Assembly: GCA_043228905.1 (NCBI GenBank)
Contig: JBHGNT010000010.1
Location: forward strand, 9,920,001-9,984,000
Reading direction: 5' to 3'
DNA from: Azolla caroliniana
Lineage: Eukaryota > Plantae > Polypodiophyta
Length of the DNA: 64,000 nucleotides
A model generated the notes under the pieces. It was not told the origin of the DNA and made no database searches. It was given only the letters and a program-made list of their open reading frames with translations. Within the stretch, counting starts at the first letter, position 1. Each line of letters begins with the position of its first letter. Positions 60,601 to 64,000 of the stretch are shown here, piece after piece. The position numbers and the translations under genes are program-made.

Positions 60601-61930
60601 CAACGCGATGCTAGGGCAACTTAAGGGCCTAGCATGGGGAAAGTTGGCACAAACAGGCCTCCTATCTATAGACGATTGGAGACGCATGGCTGATTCAGGA
60701 AGAGCCCAAGAGGACCTTTTCCCTCCCCTCAAGGGAGCTACGAAAATGCAGAGACTGATAGCTGAGGCAGTTGACAGGGTTCCGATGGGGGAGGCGAGAG
60801 AACATGCATGGTTCGGTCTCTTTGACGAGGCTGGAATGGTCAAGTCGCTAAAGGGCATGAGCGGATCGGGGAGTGATATAGTTTTTGGGGACAGCCAGAG
60901 CAGCGGCTCTTGGCACCCAATCCGAGTGGTGGCACAGATTGATAACATCTGGAAGACAGACCCGGATGTTGCTAAGGTGGAACCCCATTGGAGGTTAAGG
61001 GTATACGGTTGTCGCCCCCTTGTCGATCTGGATTGGGACCCCGGGGATTTCAGATGGAAACATGACGATAGACTCCACCACTTCTTCGATTACACCACTA
61101 AATTGGGTCGGACTTTGCAGCTGCAGCGAGGCGGCCCCCTTCGCAACGGCTGGCAAACATTGGGCATCCCCGATGAGGCGCTCATTGCCTTTTGGAAGGG
61201 TCTTTGGCGTTTCCACATGCTTGAAAAGATTAAGCTCTTTTGGTGGCAAATCGGTCATAATGTGGTGCCCGTTGGCGAATGGTTAGATAAACGTGGTGGC
61301 CCGTTAGGCTGCCCACTGTGCTCTCTACCTATTGAGTCTCTGAGACATTGTTTGTGGGATTGCCCTCAAGCTCAAAAGGTATGGGATAGAGTGACTCGCC
61401 TCCTTGTAGCATGTGAAGTTGAAGGAACAGCCTCGTGGAGCGCTGCGGCATGGATTGATCACTCGGTTAGAGGGTGGACGGACGCCGTCAATGCGGATAG
61501 TTGGTGCTATGTATGCACGAGAGGCAAAATCGTCAAGATCCGTTTTGAAAGAGGCTTGCAGCCCGCATCCCCTAGGTTTCCGGAAATCTGGATGTTGATC
61601 GCAGGTTTCACCTTGTGGTATATATGGAAAGTGCGTTGCCTCAAGGTCTTCCAAGGTACAGTACGGCCCCCGGAGGAAGTGATCATGGACATATGGTTCG
61701 CGCTTATCAGCTGCCTACGAGGGCAACTGGAAGAGGTTTGCAGCCACTCCAACGACGTGACCACTGCCCGTTTGCGCTTTTGGCAGAAATGGCGGAACAC
61801 ACCTATGGTGATGCAAGGCGGGAGTGGCCCGAGGTGGAACTACCAGCCCCCACGTTGGTTGTTTCCTATTCACCTGCCACCCTCTCTTCGGTGTAGGCCC
61901 CAAGAGCCGACTCGTACGAGGCAACATTGA
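57617..61930 (+). pseudogene. LINE ORF2 (APE endonuclease-RT-zf), one frame with three TAG stops
   Basis: TWNVQG, LQE, NIYAP, GDFN, RLDR, SDH; PGPDG, WRPITILN, LDFEKAYD, QGCPL, YADD; CPLC...ESLRHCLWDC; stops at 58466, 60287 and 60563. Confidence 0.93.
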
Positions 61931-62699
61931 AGGGCATCGCCTTGGATATAGGTAGCTTCTTACATTAAGTTAGGCCGCAAGGCAATGTAAGTGGCTCATC
62001 TTCTTTGGCTTGATCGGAGGAAGTCTCCCCGATGTGTGTATAAATCTCCTTATAGACTCTATGTAATAATCCTTCCTAACTAATGGGAAAGTAGCTTTAC
62101 TTTGAAAAAAACAAAAAAACAAAATTATGGTCGCAAAATAGTATCAAAATGTTGGTGGGTATGTGTGGGGTTAGATTAGATTAGATTTTATAAGATATTT
62201 TTTAGTGTCAATAAAGAGTCAATATACAACACCCCTAAGTACAAACGTTTTCTCGATGTGTGTCTCCTTCCTAAGAAGGGAAATTCATATATGTAAGCAT
62301 AAAGTCTCGATATGTGGATAAGACATACACATATGAGATCCACTTTCTAGGTATTCTCTTTAGTATGACACTCAAGCTAATCACCCCCTCTTAATATATC
62401 ATCATAACCTTCACGAATTGCACTATATGTAGAGAATGTAAAAAGCAAGTGATACTCATACTCTACTGGTCCTTCCTTGCATACCTTAGATGTCTAAATA
62501 CATTTGAATACCTAGGTTGTGTGATCGAGTGCGAAGGAGTGTTAGGGCTCTACAAGAGTTAAGACTCATGTTAGTAATGAGGTTTAAAGGTTGAATACAA
62601 ATTACAATCAATAGGGATTCTTGCCTTATATAGAACCCAACATTTAGGATTGATGTTTGCAATGTAATATTTAAGTTTATCCTTTTCGCATCTTTCCAC

Positions 62700-64000
62700 T
62701 TCCTTTATGTAATATTCGTCCGAGCCGCAGATAAATCTTTCAGAAAAGATCTCACCATTCTTTTGGAGGAAGGGATGAGCATGACCAATTGGGTGTCGGA
62801 TTGGGGGGAGGTGCTAGAGGCTTGTCAAGTACTTTGAAGGAGGGCGCTAGGAATGGAGGATGGCTATGACATCCGAATAAAGACGACTATCAAAGGACAT
62901 CCAAAGTTAGAAACATAAATCCAAGCGGATGTTGGCAAAGGAAAAGTATCAGAGTTAGCAATCCATTAGCTCATAAAATGATCGAAGGATTTGCAGCTTA
63001 ATTTCATGAAGCTTGAGAAGGGTGAAATCTTAGGTGTTGAGCAAAAGCCCAAGGAACGAGAAAAGAGGGAGTATGTCTACCGGGGCATATGGTGTGATAG
63101 CTCGCTCTGGGCACCTAAAAAGGGATTGTCAGAGTCACAAGGAGGCGTTGGAAAGAAACATTATCTTCTACTAGGATAGGAGAATCCACTTCTATGGGAC
63201 TCGACAACCCCTAAAGTCCAACTTCGGGAAGGGTGGAATGAAGAAGTTGATGGAGGACAAAGAGTCGAAGAATATAAAGGCAATCAACTACCTCCAGATT
63301 GAAGGTTGGTAATCCCCAAATCAGATCAGGATTCTAGGGAAAAGTGATCAAAGAGACGGAAAACAGAAAGAGCTATTGCGGAGGCGATGAAGGTAAAGGG
63401 AAGTAGGAGGTTGGCCCCTCCTACATTAAAACATCCCTTGATCGAAAGAAGGGGCTAGAGTCCATGATTCTCAACAACAAGTCAAGTTGACACTTCGAGT
63501 TATATGTGGATCGCAAAGAAAGAATTCCATGAAGTGATCATCGACGTGATTTGGAGGAAGAGATAGGTGGTCGAAGAAGTAAGCAGAATAAATACTGTCA
63601 CGATACAAGAGGAAGGTGAGGATGAGGAAACTACACTCTTAGTTGAAGTACGGAGTGCCAACATATGGTGTAGGCATGAGGAAGAAAGAAGCAATTACAC
63701 TTGTACGCATTGGGTTCGTGCAACAACTAAAGCTACAATTTGAATCAGATATAATGTACCTTGTTGTCGTCGAGCGAGGGTTACAAAAATTAACCTTCAG
63801 TTGTAGGAAACATGGAGTCGTGAAGGCAACACAGAGAATCCATCATAACTTATCGCCATGGAAGCAAAACACATTGTTTAAACATGCATTAGAAATCTCT
63901 CTCAAAGGGCTTTCCATTGAGGTAAAGAACAAAAAATTGTGAAGATATTAACCTCTCCTAGAACCCAAAAGTGGCCTATGAGACAAACCATGATTATGCA
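62700..64000 (-). pseudogene. Heavily degraded LINE ORF2-like remnant
   Basis: Weak RT-like pattern on the minus strand with no long ORF. Confidence 0.35.

Larger units (their letters stand above)
55698..62115 (+). mobile_element. Full-length L1/Tx1-type LINE
   Basis: 17-bp TSD AAAACAAAATTATGGTC at 55681-55697 and 62116-62132; GC-rich 5' UTR; ORF1; ORF2; A-rich tail. Confidence 0.95.

Noticed and set aside
55622-60948. Long minus-strand ORFs over the L1
   Set aside because: Antisense shadows of GC-rich sequence with no recognisable motifs
57617-61930. TAG-to-Gln code reassignment, readthrough or U-to-C editing (several true stops here are TGA)
   Set aside because: Both host genes lack internal TAG, and older elements also show CGA>TGA stops (e.g. 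~6385, ~40547), so deamination explains the pattern
55007-62466. Direct repeats around the L1 as LTRs of a composite element
   Set aside because: They are diverged LINE 3' fragments without TG..CA ends, and the L1 has its own internal 17-bp TSD

Overview
Land-plant nuclear DNA, probably from a non-seed plant (inferred from a Tcn1/Tf1-like chromovirus and a SIG1/SIGX-type gene), not prokaryotic. Two intact spliced host genes lie on the minus strand. The first is a 9-exon plastid RNA polymerase sigma-70 factor (22740-17233, 523 aa). The second is a 4-exon PA-TM-RING (RMR-type) vacuolar sorting receptor/E3 ligase (54383-48193, 453 aa). The rest is mostly nested retroelements: an Athila-like remnant, several deleted Ty1/copia copies, a truncated self-priming Tf1/Tcn1-like chromovirus, a young full-length chromovirus (24148-31164, TSD TTGAT), a full-length L1 (55698-62115, 17-bp TSD) and older LINE remnants. 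The most notable signals are: (1) a probable 1.56-kb intron in the chromovirus leader containing a spaced palindromic repeat array; (2) an 11-nt self-priming PBS whose primer is also one arm of a 12-bp U3/R hairpin; (3) non-canonical TG...TA ends on both LTRs of the young element; (4) WWIRQ changed to WWIWQ in the sigma factor, plus His12 and an NLS-like tract; (5) young elements disabled only by CAG>TAG changes. All coordinates and alignments were read by eye; family names rest on motif recognition, not database searches.
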